Below, piece by piece: positions 50,353 to 60,731 of a stretch of 64,000 nt of DNA. This stretch comes from an uncultured Gemmatimonadales bacterium (GTDB taxonomy: Bacteria; Gemmatimonadota; Gemmatimonadetes; Gemmatimonadales; Gemmatimonadaceae). The stretch covers positions 1,248,001 to 1,312,000 of the forward strand of contig CAWKMU010000003.1 in assembly GCA_963850905.1 (NCBI GenBank), in the 5' to 3' direction. Position 1 is the first letter of the stretch. Every line of letters begins with the position of its first letter. Both the position numbers and the translations under genes were made by a program. A model generated the notes under the pieces. The model was given only the letters and a program-made list of their open reading frames with translations. It had not been told where the DNA came from and did not search any database.

Positions 50353-50804
50353 TGCATGACGACCTGACTGCGCGCGAGGGGCGTGACGAGACACCCCGTT
50401 CCCGCGTGCCTGAGCCGACAAAGGCTGGAGCCCTTGGCCCACAGCGGACCAGCGACGGGTCGCGGATGGCCGATCGCGAGGTCCCCATCGAGCTGACGCG
50501 GACGCCCGATCTCGTCCACGCCTGGTTGGATGGCGAGATTCCGGAATCGAGTGTCCGCGGCGCTGAGGCTGTGCGCCACGTCGAATTCTGGAAGCGCGTG
50601 GATAACGACCTCGAAGTGAAGCGGCAGATGCACGCACCCGTGGACATGACCGAGCGGATCATGGCGGCGCTGCCGGAGACGACACCCAGCCTGGTGTCGC
50701 CCTGGTGGAACCGGCCGGTCGAGATGAATCCGCTTGCGGTCGCTGCGGCTGCGGCTGGACTGCTGGCCCTTGGGACTGCCTTGGGTGCGTCGCTGAGGAG
50801 ATAA
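50352..50804 (+). CDS. Putative anti-sigma factor with C-terminal TM helix
   Basis: TGATG coupling to sigma gene; VHAWLDGE; hydrophobic C-terminus. Confidence 0.65.
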   Translation: MHDDLTAREGRDETPRSRVPEPTKAGALGPQRTSDGSRMADREVPIELTRTPDLVHAWLDGEIPESSVRGAEAVRHVEFWKRVDNDLEVKRQMHAPVDMTERIMAALPETTPSLVSPWWNRPVEMNPLAVAAAAAGLLALGTALGASLRR

Positions 50805-50930
50805 CGGGGGGGCTGGGGTTTGGGGTGTGGGGTCTGGGGTAACGGCAAAAACACAGAGGGCCAGTTGCGACGCTCGCGACTGGCCCTCGTGGTTTGTTGC
50901 GCTTACCCCAAACCCCGCATCCCGGACCCG
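50805..50930. repeat. Heptamer-armed palindrome (TGGGGTN arms) with GAGGGCCAGT/ACTGGCCCTC core
   Basis: Core stem identical to 14457-14490; lies between convergent genes. Confidence 0.85.
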
Positions 50931-50934
50931 CCTC

Positions 50935-52350
50935 TCAGATGTGCACCGCCCGTCCCAGCACCGCCAATGCGGCCTCCTTCGTCGCCTCGGACAGCGTGGG
51001 ATGCGCATGCACCGTCGGGCCGATGTCGTCCGCGCTCGCACGATACTCGAAGCCTAGCACGACCTCCGCGATCAACTCCGAGACGGTGGGGCCGACGAGG
51101 TGTGCGCCGAGCAGTTCATCGGTCTGGGCGTCCGCAATGAATTTCACGAAGCCCGCGACATCGCCCAGCGTGCGCGCTCGAGCGTTGGCCGAATACGGGA
51201 ACTTCCCGACTTTGTAGGGTCGTCCCGACCCCTTGACCTCGTGTTCGGCCAGGCCGACGACGGCGACCTCCGGCCACGTGTAGACAATCGAGGGGATCGA
51301 GTGGTAGTGCATGCGGCTGGGCTGACCCGCGATCACCTCCGCCGCGACCACACCCTCCTCTTCTGCTTTGTGCGCGAGCAGCTTCCCGCCGACGGCGTCG
51401 CCGATCGCGTACAGGTGCGGCAGGTTGGTCCGGAGCTGGTCGTCGACGAGAATCTCGCCGCGCGCTCCCAGCTCGAGGCCAAGCGCAGCCGCATCGATGC
51501 CGGTCAAACTGGGCCGCCGTCCGATTGACACGAGGACGTAGTCGCCCTCCACGCGATCGGTCGCTCCGCCGTCCTTTTGCATCTCGACGCTCACGCGAGC
51601 GCCACGGCGGCCGCCGCCGGTGACTCGCACGCCGGTTCGGAGATCGAACCCCTGCTGGCGAAACACCTTCTCCATCTCGCGCACGACATCCGCGTCGTAA
51701 CCGGGGAGGATCGTCGGTTCGAGCTCCAGCACCATCACGCGTGAGCCGAGTCGGCGCCAGACGGAACCGAGCTCGAGGCCGATCGCGCCGCCGCCAATCA
51801 CGATCAGCTGCTCCGGCACCTCGGGAATACGCAGCGCGCCGACGTTCGAGAGAATCCGCTCTTCGTCGAACCCCAAGAAGGGGAGCTCGATCGGCACCGA
51901 CCCCGTCGCGATGATGACGTCGCGCGCTTGATACCGCGTGACCGCGCCCGCGCTGTCAGTGACCTCGACCACGTTGTTCGCGCGGAGCACGCCGCGCCCC
52001 TTGGCCCAGGTGATCTTGTTCTTCCGGAACAGGAACTCGATTCCCCTGGTGTTCTGAGCGACGACGTCGTCCTTGCGCTTCATCATGCGCGGCAGGTCGA
52101 GCGTCACGACCGCGGCGTGAAATCCGTGCTCGGACGCGTGGAGCTTGGTGAACTCGAAGTGCTCAGAGCTCGTCAGCAGGGCTTTCGAGGGAATGCATCC
52201 CACGTTGACACACGTGCCGCCCAGGGTTTTGTCTTGCTCGACGCATACCGTCGTCAATCCGAGCTGCGCGGCGCGAAGGGCGGCAACATACCCGCCGGGG
52301 CCCCCGCCAATGACGACAACGTCGGTGGCCGTCGCAGACACCGTCGTCAC
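50935..52350 (-). CDS. lpdA: Dihydrolipoyl dehydrogenase
   Basis: [37 protein letters not shown]. Confidence 0.96.
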   Translation of the reverse strand: MTTVSATATDVVVIGGGPGGYVAALRAAQLGLTTVCVEQDKTLGGTCVNVGCIPSKALLTSSEHFEFTKLHASEHGFHAAVVTLDLPRMMKRKDDVVAQNTRGIEFLFRKNKITWAKGRGVLRANNVVEVTDSAGAVTRYQARDVIIATGSVPIELPFLGFDEERILSNVGALRIPEVPEQLIVIGGGAIGLELGSVWRRLGSRVMVLELEPTILPGYDADVVREMEKVFRQQGFDLRTGVRVTGGGRRGARVSVEMQKDGGATDRVEGDYVLVSIGRRPSLTGIDAAALGLELGARGEILVDDQLRTNLPHLYAIGDAVGGKLLAHKAEEEGVVAAEVIAGQPSRMHYHSIPSIVYTWPEVAVVGLAEHEVKGSGRPYKVGKFPYSANARARTLGDVAGFVKFIADAQTDELLGAHLVGPTVSELIAEVVLGFEYRASADDIGPTVHAHPTLSEATKEAALAVLGRAVHI

Positions 52351-53672
52351 GTCACCAGCATCGACGCCGGATCTTCCATCAGCTCCTTGATGCGGAGGAG
52401 GAACAACACGGCCTGCTGACCATCGACCAATCGATGATCGTAGGAGAGGGCCACGTACATCATCGGCCGGATCACGACCTGGCCACCGATCGCGACGGGT
52501 CGATCCTGAATCTTGTGTAGCCCGAGGATGCCGACCTGCGGATAGTTGAGGATCGGCGTCGAGACGAGCGACCCAAACACCCCGCCGTTCGTGATCGTGA
52601 AGGTCCCGCCCATGAGGTCATCGACTGCCAACTTGCCCGCGCGGGCCCGCGCGGCGAGCTCCGTGATCGCGCGCGCGATATCGAGCATCCCCTTGGCATC
52701 GGCATCCCGAATCACTGGAACGACCAGCCCCTGATCCGAGGCGACGGCGATACCCATGTTGACGTAGTGCTTGTAGACGATCGAGTCGTCCTCGATCTGC
52801 GCGTTGACCACGGGATACTGCTGGAGGGCCACACACGCGGCCTTCACGAAGAACGGCATGAAGCTCAGCTTCACGCCATGCTCGCGCTCCACGCGTTCGC
52901 GCAAACGCTCGCGGAGCGCGCTCACCGCCGACATGTCGATCTCGTTGAATGTCGTCAGGTGTGCCGTGGTGTGCTGTGCCTGCACGAGATTTTCCGCGAT
53001 CCGCTTGCGGCGGGTGGTCATCTTCTCGCGTGTCTCGCGCACACCGCCCGCGGCGGGCGGTGTGCGCACGCCATTCGGCGCCCCGGCGCGCGCGGGCAAC
53101 GCGGGCGGGGTGGGCGCGGCTGCGGGGACCGGTGCCGACGGCCCGGTGCGCGTGGCTGGCGGCTGCGGGCTCGCTGGAGCGCGACCGCCTTGTTCGAGCA
53201 CGTCAGCCTTGCTGACGACGCCGCCCCGCCCAGTGCCCGCGACGGTGGTGAGGTCGACCCCTTCGCGCGCGGCCACCCGCTGCGCTGCCGGAGAGGCCCG
53301 AACGGCGCCCTCCGCGGCCTTGCGCGGCGGGGCGGTCGCTTCGGCGCTCGCGCCCCCGATTCCGGTCGCGGCCGGCGCGGCGGCCCCTGACGCCGCGAGC
53401 GCTGCCTGCGCGGGCGCCGCGACGGTTGCAGGTACGGCCGTGTCGTCCACTTGGCCGAGCAGCTCGTCGACCTTCACGACGTCCCCGGCCTGCTTGGCTT
53501 GCGAGACGAGCACGCCGGGCTTCAAAGCCGGCACCTCGACCGTCACCTTGTCAGTTTCGAGCTCGACGATCGTTTCGCCAGCAGCGACGCCGTCACCGGG
53601 CTGCTTGGCCCAGCGGGAGACCGTGGCTTCGACAACAGACTCGCCGAGTGGTGGGACTTTGATGGCGATCAT
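52347..53672 (-). CDS. sucB: Dihydrolipoyllysine succinyltransferase (E2 of 2-oxoglutarate dehydrogenase)
   Basis: LETDKV lipoyl site, [31 protein letters not shown]. Confidence 0.93.
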   Translation of the reverse strand: MIAIKVPPLGESVVEATVSRWAKQPGDGVAAGETIVELETDKVTVEVPALKPGVLVSQAKQAGDVVKVDELLGQVDDTAVPATVAAPAQAALAASGAAAPAATGIGGASAEATAPPRKAAEGAVRASPAAQRVAAREGVDLTTVAGTGRGGVVSKADVLEQGGRAPASPQPPATRTGPSAPVPAAAPTPPALPARAGAPNGVRTPPAAGGVRETREKMTTRRKRIAENLVQAQHTTAHLTTFNEIDMSAVSALRERLRERVEREHGVKLSFMPFFVKAACVALQQYPVVNAQIEDDSIVYKHYVNMGIAVASDQGLVVPVIRDADAKGMLDIARAITELAARARAGKLAVDDLMGGTFTITNGGVFGSLVSTPILNYPQVGILGLHKIQDRPVAIGGQVVIRPMMYVALSYDHRLVDGQQAVLFLLRIKELMEDPASMLVT

Positions 53673-53740
53673 GGTAGGCGCCGAAAGACGATTGGGAGCG
53701 AGCGGCGGGAACGCAATATAACTTCCCAGAACGACAACAA

Positions 53741-53765
53741 CGGGCGGGCTGAAGCCCGCCCCTAC
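53741..53765 (-). repeat. GTAG-type REP
   Basis: Identical to 38533-38557. Confidence 0.85.
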
Positions 53766-53776
53766 ACGTTAAAGCG

Positions 53777-54844
53777 GTGCGAGCACTGACCATCAGCGCG
53801 CACGGCGGACTGGAGCGGCTGACGTGCCGTGACGATCTGCCGGACCCTGTCCTCGCGAATCCGATGGACGTACGCGTGCGCGTGCACGCGGCCGCGCTCA
53901 ACCACCTGGATCTGTTCGTCCTCGGTGGGCTGCCGGGTGTCACGATCGTGCCGCCGTGGGTGCTCGGGGCGGATGCCGCCGGTGTCGTCGACCAGGTCGG
54001 GGAGGACGTGCGAGGCGTCACGGTCGGCGACTTCGTGATCCTCAATCCCGGGGTAAGCGACGGGACCTGTGCGTACTGTCGTGCAGGAGAGCAATCGCTC
54101 TGTCTTCGATTCCAGATCCTGGGCGAGCATCGGCCGGGTACGTTTGCCGAATACGTAGTGGTGCCGGCTGTCAACGTCCGCGCCGTGCCAGCGCCGCGCG
54201 CCGACGAGGCAGGTCACCGCGCGGATGCGGCGGCCGCCGCAGCGTTCACGTTGGCGACGCTCACCGCCTGGCGCATGCTCGTCACGCGAGCGCGGGTCGC
54301 TGCCGGCGAATCCGTCCTGATCTGGGGCATCGGGGGCGGTGTCGCGCAGGCGGCACTGCAAATCGCGAAGGGACGGGGTGCGCGAGTGTGGGTGACGTCG
54401 GCGCACGACGCCAAGTTGCGGCGGGCGGCCGAACTGGGTGCGGACGAGACAATCAACCACCGCACCACCGACGTCGGCCGGGCGATTCGTGATCGCACCG
54501 GCAAACGGGGGGTGGACGTCGTGATCGATTCGGTGGGACACGCGTCGTGGTCCCAATCGCTGACCGCCCTTGGCCGCGCGGGACGGCTGGTGACCTGTGG
54601 AGCGACATCCGGCCCGATGGTGGAGACGGATATCCGGCGGATGTTCTGGAACCAATGGACACTCATGGGATCGACTATGGGCAACGAGTCGGAGTTCGAT
54701 GCCATAGCGGCCGAGTTTCGCGCGGGACGTCTGCGGCCAGTCATCGACCGCGTGTTTCCGTTGGACGAGGGGCTCGCGGCGTTCCAGCGATTGCAGTCCG
54801 AGGAGCAGTTCGGGAAGATCGTGCTGGATTGCGGCGGCGGATGA
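53777..54844 (+). CDS. Zinc-binding dehydrogenase / quinone oxidoreductase (MDR family)
   Basis: ALNHLD, GADAAG, CAYC..C, GIGGGV, QFGKIVL. Confidence 0.9.
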   Translation: MRALTISAHGGLERLTCRDDLPDPVLANPMDVRVRVHAAALNHLDLFVLGGLPGVTIVPPWVLGADAAGVVDQVGEDVRGVTVGDFVILNPGVSDGTCAYCRAGEQSLCLRFQILGEHRPGTFAEYVVVPAVNVRAVPAPRADEAGHRADAAAAAAFTLATLTAWRMLVTRARVAAGESVLIWGIGGGVAQAALQIAKGRGARVWVTSAHDAKLRRAAELGADETINHRTTDVGRAIRDRTGKRGVDVVIDSVGHASWSQSLTALGRAGRLVTCGATSGPMVETDIRRMFWNQWTLMGSTMGNESEFDAIAAEFRAGRLRPVIDRVFPLDEGLAAFQRLQSEEQFGKIVLDCGGG

Positions 54845-55122
54845 GCGACGTGCCCGGCACCCCGAGCCCGCCGGGTGATGGCGACGGGGGCGAGGCGGGA
54901 GACGCTCGTGCGCAGTACGCCCGAGAGGAACAGGAGCGGATCCAGGCGGAGTGGGTTGCGCTCGGGGCGGCGAGCTGCCCGCGGTGTGGCGTCTCGATGA
55001 ACCACCGCGCAATCGGCGGCGGCTCGTTCGGCTTGGGCTACGCCCGACGCCGCGTATGGCTCCTCTGTCCACGGTGCCGCCGCAGTGCGATGTTTGATGT
55101 CGCGAGAGGAACGCGGAACTAG
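54841..55122 (+). CDS. Small CxxC..CxxC zinc-finger hypothetical protein
   Basis: ATGA overlap; CPRC..CPRC. Confidence 0.65.
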   Translation: MSDVPGTPSPPGDGDGGEAGDARAQYAREEQERIQAEWVALGAASCPRCGVSMNHRAIGGGSFGLGYARRRVWLLCPRCRRSAMFDVARGTRN

Positions 55123-55147
55123 AACGGCCGACCTCCCCCTTGGGCCC

Positions 55148-55912
55148 ATGCAAACCGATACGCTCAGCTTCGCCAACCGCCTGCAGGTCAGCTTCTCACA
55201 GATCATCGAGTACGTGCCGCGATTCGTCGTCGCGTTGCTGCTCGTGTTCGTGGGCTATTTGATCGCCCGACTGCTCGGCCGATTCACGGAGCGGTTGTTG
55301 CGGCGCATCCGGTTCAATCGCATCCTCGAGGCGGGCGGGGTCATGGACGCGGTCGAACGCTCCGGCTCGCACCTGAACCCCACGCGCGTCGCGGCGGATC
55401 TCGTGTTCTGGAGCGTCATGTTCGCGGTGCTCGTGATCACGGCGAACGCCGCCGGTTTCGCGTCGCTGGCGAACGTGTTCTCCGAGCTCGTTGGGTACGT
55501 GCCGAGCGTCGTGGCAGCGATTGCGATCATCATCGTGGGCATACTCCTCGGCGCGCTGGTCGGCGGCTTGATCATGGTGTCGGCGGGTTCGCTGCGCGGC
55601 GGGCCGACGCTGGCTCGGGTCGGGCGCGGTGGCGTCATTCTGCTCGCGGTGTTCATGGCGCTGCAGCAACTGGGTGTCGCCACAGGAATCGTCACGACGG
55701 CGTTCGCGATTCTCTTCGGTGCGGTGGCGCTCGCGCTGGCGCTGGCCTTCGGCCTGGGAAGCCGTGACCTTGCTGGCGAGATCACGCGGCAATGGTACGA
55801 CCAATACCGCGCCGAGCGCGACGCGATCGCGCGCGAGAGCGCCGCGCATGAGCGCGCCGAAGCGGCCGCCGAAGAGCTGATTGGGGCGGGGTCGGACCGG
55901 ATCGACCACTGA
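55148..55912 (+). CDS. TM-helix repeat membrane protein (MscS/CmpX-like)
   Basis: Repeated YVP..VVA motif; ALALAFGLGSRD. Confidence 0.8.
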   Translation: MQTDTLSFANRLQVSFSQIIEYVPRFVVALLLVFVGYLIARLLGRFTERLLRRIRFNRILEAGGVMDAVERSGSHLNPTRVAADLVFWSVMFAVLVITANAAGFASLANVFSELVGYVPSVVAAIAIIIVGILLGALVGGLIMVSAGSLRGGPTLARVGRGGVILLAVFMALQQLGVATGIVTTAFAILFGAVALALALAFGLGSRDLAGEITRQWYDQYRAERDAIARESAAHERAEAAAEELIGAGSDRIDH

Positions 55913-56131
55913 GGCGTCCGGGTCCTGACCTGGCGACCTCATCTGCAGCTGCAAGTGGCGACATTACAATAAGTTAGGGCTCACTACGCCGGTTGCGTCG
56001 CCGGTCGATATCGGGTACTTTTCGGGGTTCCTGCGCGGGGGTCGGTGGTGGCTGATTGGGTCGCTACCGCCTGACGCCCGTGAGTGCCGCAGGCGAGCGC
56101 TGCGGCCGCGTTGTTCCCTCGAGACAGAGTC

Positions 56132-59100
56132 ATGACCGCACCAAACAACAGAGAGCGGATCCTCCCTCGGCTCATCGACGACGAGATCAAAGAATCGTTC
56201 ATCAACTACTCGATGAGCGTCATTGTCTCGCGTGCGCTGCCCGACGTGCGCGATGGATTGAAGCCCGTGCATCGGCGCGTGCTGTACGCGATGAACGAGC
56301 TGGGATTGGTGCCGGGTCGCCCCTATAAGAAGTCCGCCACGGTCGTCGGCGACGTGCTCGGCAAGTATCACCCGCATGGCGACATGTCGGTCTACGACGC
56401 GATCGTACGCATGGTGCAGGATTTCTCGCTGCGCTATCCGCTTGTCGACGGGCAAGGTAACTGGGGTTGCTTCACTGGCGACACGAAGGTCAAGCTGCTC
56501 GACGGCACCGAGCGCTCCTTCGCCGAGCTCGCCGAGCTTCCGGGCGACCAGATCTTTCACGTGTACTCGGTCGACGCGACCGGGAGCATTGAAGTCGGCG
56601 AGGGGCATTCGTCGCGGATCACACGCCGCAAGGCGCCGCTCGTCGAGCTGACGTTCGATGACGGGTCCACGGCGCGGTGCACGCCCGATCACCGATTCAT
56701 GCTCCGAGACGGCAGCTGGAAGGAAGCCGCCCGGCTTACGATTGACGACAGCCTCTTGGCGGGCCATTTCGATACGGCGCCGGTCAATGCACGGACGCGT
56801 GACTACCTGCGAGTTCGGCAGCCCGTGACAGGCGAATGGGAGTTCGTCCATCACGTCGCCGATCGCTTCAATGCCGACCGAGGCTTTGGGACCGCTGTCA
56901 AAGGCCCATTCGTCCGACATCACCGTAACTTCGACCGCTTCGACAACAGGCCGAACAACATCGTGCGCATGGAGTGGCTCGAGCATCTCCATCTTCATGC
57001 CGAACATCTTCGCGATTTGTGGCAACGCAAAGACTTTCGCGCTGCGCAGCGACGGGGGGTGCAGACGTATCACGCTGCCCACCCTGAGGCGGCCGAAGCG
57101 AACCGCCAGCGGCTCCGCGCTCGCAACGCCTCTGCCGATTTCAGGGCCGCGAACGGGCCGCGTGTTTCGAATGGTCTCAAGGAGCGGTTTGCGCGACAAC
57201 CGGAGCTGGCGTCGGAGCTCGCAGCGCGTATGCGCACGCTGTGGCAAGATCCCGACTATCGGCTGCGCATGTGCCGAGCGTTGAGAGGCATTGAGAAGCG
57301 GCCACTGTCGGACGAGCAGCGTCGGCGAGTCTCGCGTCTCATCGCCGAAAAGAATAAGGCCATGTGGAACGACCCGGAGAAGCGAGCCGAACTCATCGAA
57401 GCGATTGTCGGCGCTTTGCGCGATCCTGCCCGACGCCAGGTTCTGAGTGAGCGCTCACGACGCCTTTGGCTGGATCCCGCGTACAGAGCCAAGTACCCTG
57501 CAGGGCATCATGCGCGCATGGCCGCGGTGTTGTGGTCAGATCCGCAGACGACTGAGCTGCACCGCGCCAAAATAGCGCGTCAATGGTCCGACCCTGCCTT
57601 TCGCGCTCGGCACTTGGCCGGGCGCCAGACTGACTGGGCCGCCCGCCGTGCTCGAAATCCGAACACAATGAAAGATCTGGCGGATCGTGCTGCGGCTGTC
57701 CTGGCTGAGCGGTGGGCGGATAACGAGTATCGCACCAGAGTCATGCGCGCGAAGATCGCGGGTTACGCGTCGCGACTCATCGCCGAGGCCGGTCGTGACG
57801 GCGTGTCGCCCACCGTTTTCGATGCGCGCCGAACTGGTAACTGGGTCCCGAAGAGCGAGAAGGCGTCAACCTATTTCGGCGGGTTTCCAGAACTGCTCGA
57901 AGCAGCCGCGACGCACAACCATCGGGTTGTGCGTGTTCGCCATCTGGATCAGCTCTCCGATGTCTATGACATTACGGTCGACGAGCATCACAATTTCATG
58001 CTTGCGAACGGTTGCGTCGTGTCAAACAGCGCTGATGGCGATAACGCGGCGGCCTATCGCTACACCGAGGCGCGGCTCACGCGGGTCGCGATGGAGCTGC
58101 TCTCGGACATCGACAAGAACACCGTCGATTTCGCACCGAATTTCGACGACCGCCTGCAGGAGCCCAAAGTCCTGCCGTCGGGGTTCCCGAATCTCATCAT
58201 CAATGGATCGTCAGGCATCGCGGTCGGCATGGCGACCAACATTCCGCCACACAACCTCCGCGAGGTCATCAGTGCGGTCATCGCCCTGATCGATGATCCC
58301 GAGCTGACGATTGGCGACCTACGGAAGCTCGTCAAGGGGCCCGACTTCCCGACCGGCGGCTACATCTACGGCCGGCAAGGCATCAAGGACTACCAGGAGA
58401 CGGGACGCGGCAAGATCGTGATGCGTGCGCGCGCCGTGATCGAGGAGCGCGAGTCGGGACGGTCGCAGATCGTCGTGACCGAGCTGCCCTATCAAGTCAG
58501 TGGTGGAAAGCTCGAGGAAGTGATCCGCGATCTCGTCGCCGACAAAAAGCTCGAGGGCATCACGGCGATGCGGAACGAGACCAGCCGCGAGGGCCGCCGC
58601 ATCGTGCTCGAGCTCCGTCGCGATGCGATTCCACGGGTGGTCCTCAATCAGCTGTACAAGCACACGCCGATGCAAACGACCTTCGGCGTGATCATGCTGG
58701 CGCTCGTCCCAGATCCGCAGACCCGGCAGCTCGTGCCGAAGGTCCTCGGCCTCAAGGAATTGCTCGGACACTACATCACGCACCGGCACGACGTCGTCGT
58801 GCGCCGCTCGCAGTTCGAGCTCGACAAGGCACTCGAGCGCGAGCACATCCTGGAAGGGCTCAAGATCGCCGTCGATAACATCGACGAGGTCGTGAAGCTG
58901 ATCCGGAAGGCGGAGGACACGCCGCAGGCGAGCACACGCCTGCAGTCGCGGTTCAAGCTCAGTGAGAAGCAGGCCGAAGCCATTCTCAACATGCGGCTCG
59001 CCAAGCTCACCGGTCTCGAGATCGAGAAGCTGGAGGCCGAGCTCAAGGACGTCCGCGCGACCATTCGCGACCTGCGCGCACTGCTGGAGTCGCGGCCGCG

Positions 59101-60214
59101 TCGTATGAAGCTGATCAAGGAGGAGCTGACGCACGTCACCGAGGAGTACGGTGACGATCGGCGGTCGGAGATCACGAGCGACGAGGGGGAGTTCACGATC
59201 GAAGACCTGATCGCCGAGGAAGACATGGTGATCACGGTCTCGCATTCTGGCTACATCAAGCGCACGGCGGTCTCCACCTATCGACGCCAGCGACGTGGGG
59301 GGCGTGGTCTCTCGGGACAGGATCTCAAGGACCACGACTTCATCGAGCACCTGTTCATCGGCTCGACGCACGACCACATCATGTTCTTCACCGACGATGG
59401 TCGATGCTTCAAGATCAAGGTCCACGAGATTCCGCAGGCGGGCCGCGCGACGAAGGGCCGGCCGATCGTGAACCTGATCAACGTGTCGCCCGATACGTCG
59501 GTCAAGGCCATGCTGCCCGTGACGGACTTCTCCGCGAATCAGAATCTGCTCTTTTGCACGCGGAAGGGCACCGTCAAGAAGACTGCGCTCTCGGAATACG
59601 CCAATCCCCGCACCAATGGCATCAAGGCGATCAAGGTCGAGGCCGGCGATGAGCTGATCGATGTGCAGGTGACGAGCGGGACCAACGATGTCATCCTCGC
59701 CACGCGTCACGGCCTGTCGGTGCGGTTCCACGAGTCCGACGTGCGGGAAATGGGGCGTGACACGACCGGCGTGAAGGGGATCGAGCTGCGCGCAGACGAT
59801 GCGGTGGTCGGAATGGTCATCATCCGCCGCGAAGCGACGATTCTGGTAGTCACCGAGAACGGGATGGGGAAGTGCTCCCACATCGAGGAGTACCGCGTAC
59901 AGCGCCGTGGCGGCAAGGGCATCATCACGGTGAACCGCACGGAGAAGACCGGTGACGTCGTTGGGGTGATGGAGGTGCTCCCGGCAGACGAGATCATGCT
60001 GATCACCATGCAGGGGTTGATCATCCGGTCCTCGGTCGCACAGGTGCGGGTCACCGGCCGGATTGCCCAAGGGGTCAAGCTGGTGCAACTGGATGCCGGC
60101 GACCGGGTCACGGCCGTGGCGCGCGTGGTCCCCGAAGAGGCCGTCGGGCCGGACGGCGAGCCGGCCAGTGCGACTCCGGGCGGGCCGGACGAGGTCCTGG
60201 AGACCGAGGATTAG
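56132..60214 (+). CDS. gyrA: DNA gyrase subunit A precursor containing an intein
   Basis: [28 protein letters not shown], GyrA box QRRGGRG, C-terminal pinwheel repeats. Confidence 0.97.
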   Translation: MTAPNNRERILPRLIDDEIKESFINYSMSVIVSRALPDVRDGLKPVHRRVLYAMNELGLVPGRPYKKSATVVGDVLGKYHPHGDMSVYDAIVRMVQDFSLRYPLVDGQGNWGCFTGDTKVKLLDGTERSFAELAELPGDQIFHVYSVDATGSIEVGEGHSSRITRRKAPLVELTFDDGSTARCTPDHRFMLRDGSWKEAARLTIDDSLLAGHFDTAPVNARTRDYLRVRQPVTGEWEFVHHVADRFNADRGFGTAVKGPFVRHHRNFDRFDNRPNNIVRMEWLEHLHLHAEHLRDLWQRKDFRAAQRRGVQTYHAAHPEAAEANRQRLRARNASADFRAANGPRVSNGLKERFARQPELASELAARMRTLWQDPDYRLRMCRALRGIEKRPLSDEQRRRVSRLIAEKNKAMWNDPEKRAELIEAIVGALRDPARRQVLSERSRRLWLDPAYRAKYPAGHHARMAAVLWSDPQTTELHRAKIARQWSDPAFRARHLAGRQTDWAARRARNPNTMKDLADRAAAVLAERWADNEYRTRVMRAKIAGYASRLIAEAGRDGVSPTVFDARRTGNWVPKSEKASTYFGGFPELLEAAATHNHRVVRVRHLDQLSDVYDITVDEHHNFMLANGCVVSNSADGDNAAAYRYTEARLTRVAMELLSDIDKNTVDFAPNFDDRLQEPKVLPSGFPNLIINGSSGIAVGMATNIPPHNLREVISAVIALIDDPELTIGDLRKLVKGPDFPTGGYIYGRQGIKDYQETGRGKIVMRARAVIEERESGRSQIVVTELPYQVSGGKLEEVIRDLVADKKLEGITAMRNETSREGRRIVLELRRDAIPRVVLNQLYKHTPMQTTFGVIMLALVPDPQTRQLVPKVLGLKELLGHYITHRHDVVVRRSQFELDKALEREHILEGLKIAVDNIDEVVKLIRKAEDTPQASTRLQSRFKLSEKQAEAILNMRLAKLTGLEIEKLEAELKDVRATIRDLRALLESRPRRMKLIKEELTHVTEEYGDDRRSEITSDEGEFTIEDLIAEEDMVITVSHSGYIKRTAVSTYRRQRRGGRGLSGQDLKDHDFIEHLFIGSTHDHIMFFTDDGRCFKIKVHEIPQAGRATKGRPIVNLINVSPDTSVKAMLPVTDFSANQNLLFCTRKGTVKKTALSEYANPRTNGIKAIKVEAGDELIDVQVTSGTNDVILATRHGLSVRFHESDVREMGRDTTGVKGIELRADDAVVGMVIIRREATILVVTENGMGKCSHIEEYRVQRRGGKGIITVNRTEKTGDVVGVMEVLPADEIMLITMQGLIIRSSVAQVRVTGRIAQGVKLVQLDAGDRVTAVARVVPEEAVGPDGEPASATPGGPDEVLETED
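56468..58027 (+). mobile_element. Intein (520 aa) with HNH-type endonuclease region
   Basis: [12 protein letters not shown], block [21 protein letters not shown], block [22 protein letters not shown]. Confidence 0.93.
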
Positions 60215-60283
60215 ACGGTCGGGGCAAAACGCCTCAGTTCAGTACGTCAAACGTTTTCGGGAGCCCCAACCGAGCTCATACAT

Positions 60284-60315
60284 ACAAGGGCGGTCGCCGT
60301 AAAGGCCGCCCTTGT
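60284..60315 (+). terminator. Probable terminator hairpin after gyrA
   Basis: acaagggcggtc..ggccgcccttgt followed by a weak T tract. Confidence 0.6.
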
Positions 60316-60731
60316 TGCGTGTTGCACGCAGTGCTCGTCAAAGGGCGTCAAATCGTGTTTGCGAGCAATGTTTGCAACGTTGAAATCGCTTGTTTAGCGG
60401 AATGCATACTGTCGAGCCCGTCAATATCTTTACGGTGTTGGGACGCCTACCTAGCTTAGAGCGCCTTAACGCGATGCCCCTTTCTACCGCCTCACCGGCC
60501 GGGGGCACATGCGGTCGCCCTGGCGCCCGATTCCTTCGCCTACGCTGACATAACCGCTTGTATCGCATGGAATTACCAGGCATGAGCCCGGTTCCGGAGG
60601 CTCGCCACTCGCCGACGCCGCTAGCTGGGGGTGTCGGCGCCGAACGGGCGCATAAGCGACCGCTGGAGGACCGCGGGCGACCTGCGGCCATGCTCGGCTT
60701 GTCGACGCTGACAGGCCCGGCGGACATCGGT

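Noticed and set aside
1110..53765. CRISPR array among the repeats
   Set aside because: Repeats are dispersed palindromes or 7-mers, not regularly spaced direct repeats; no cas genes.
58319..60088. 589-aa antisense ORF, and similar long shadows at 11401-12864, 55964-57247, 62104-63975
   Set aside because: Antisense to well-supported genes; expected from high-GC codon bias; no motifs.
56132..60214. parC instead of gyrA
   Set aside because: GyrA box QRRGGRG and a full C-terminal repeat domain are present.
60215..60560. Possible c-di-GMP riboswitch upstream of the cyclases (GGGCAAAAC at ~60221)
   Set aside because: The remaining c-di-GMP-I consensus elements (GNRA-capped P2, GCAAAGC) are not recognisable; an Rfam scan would be needed.
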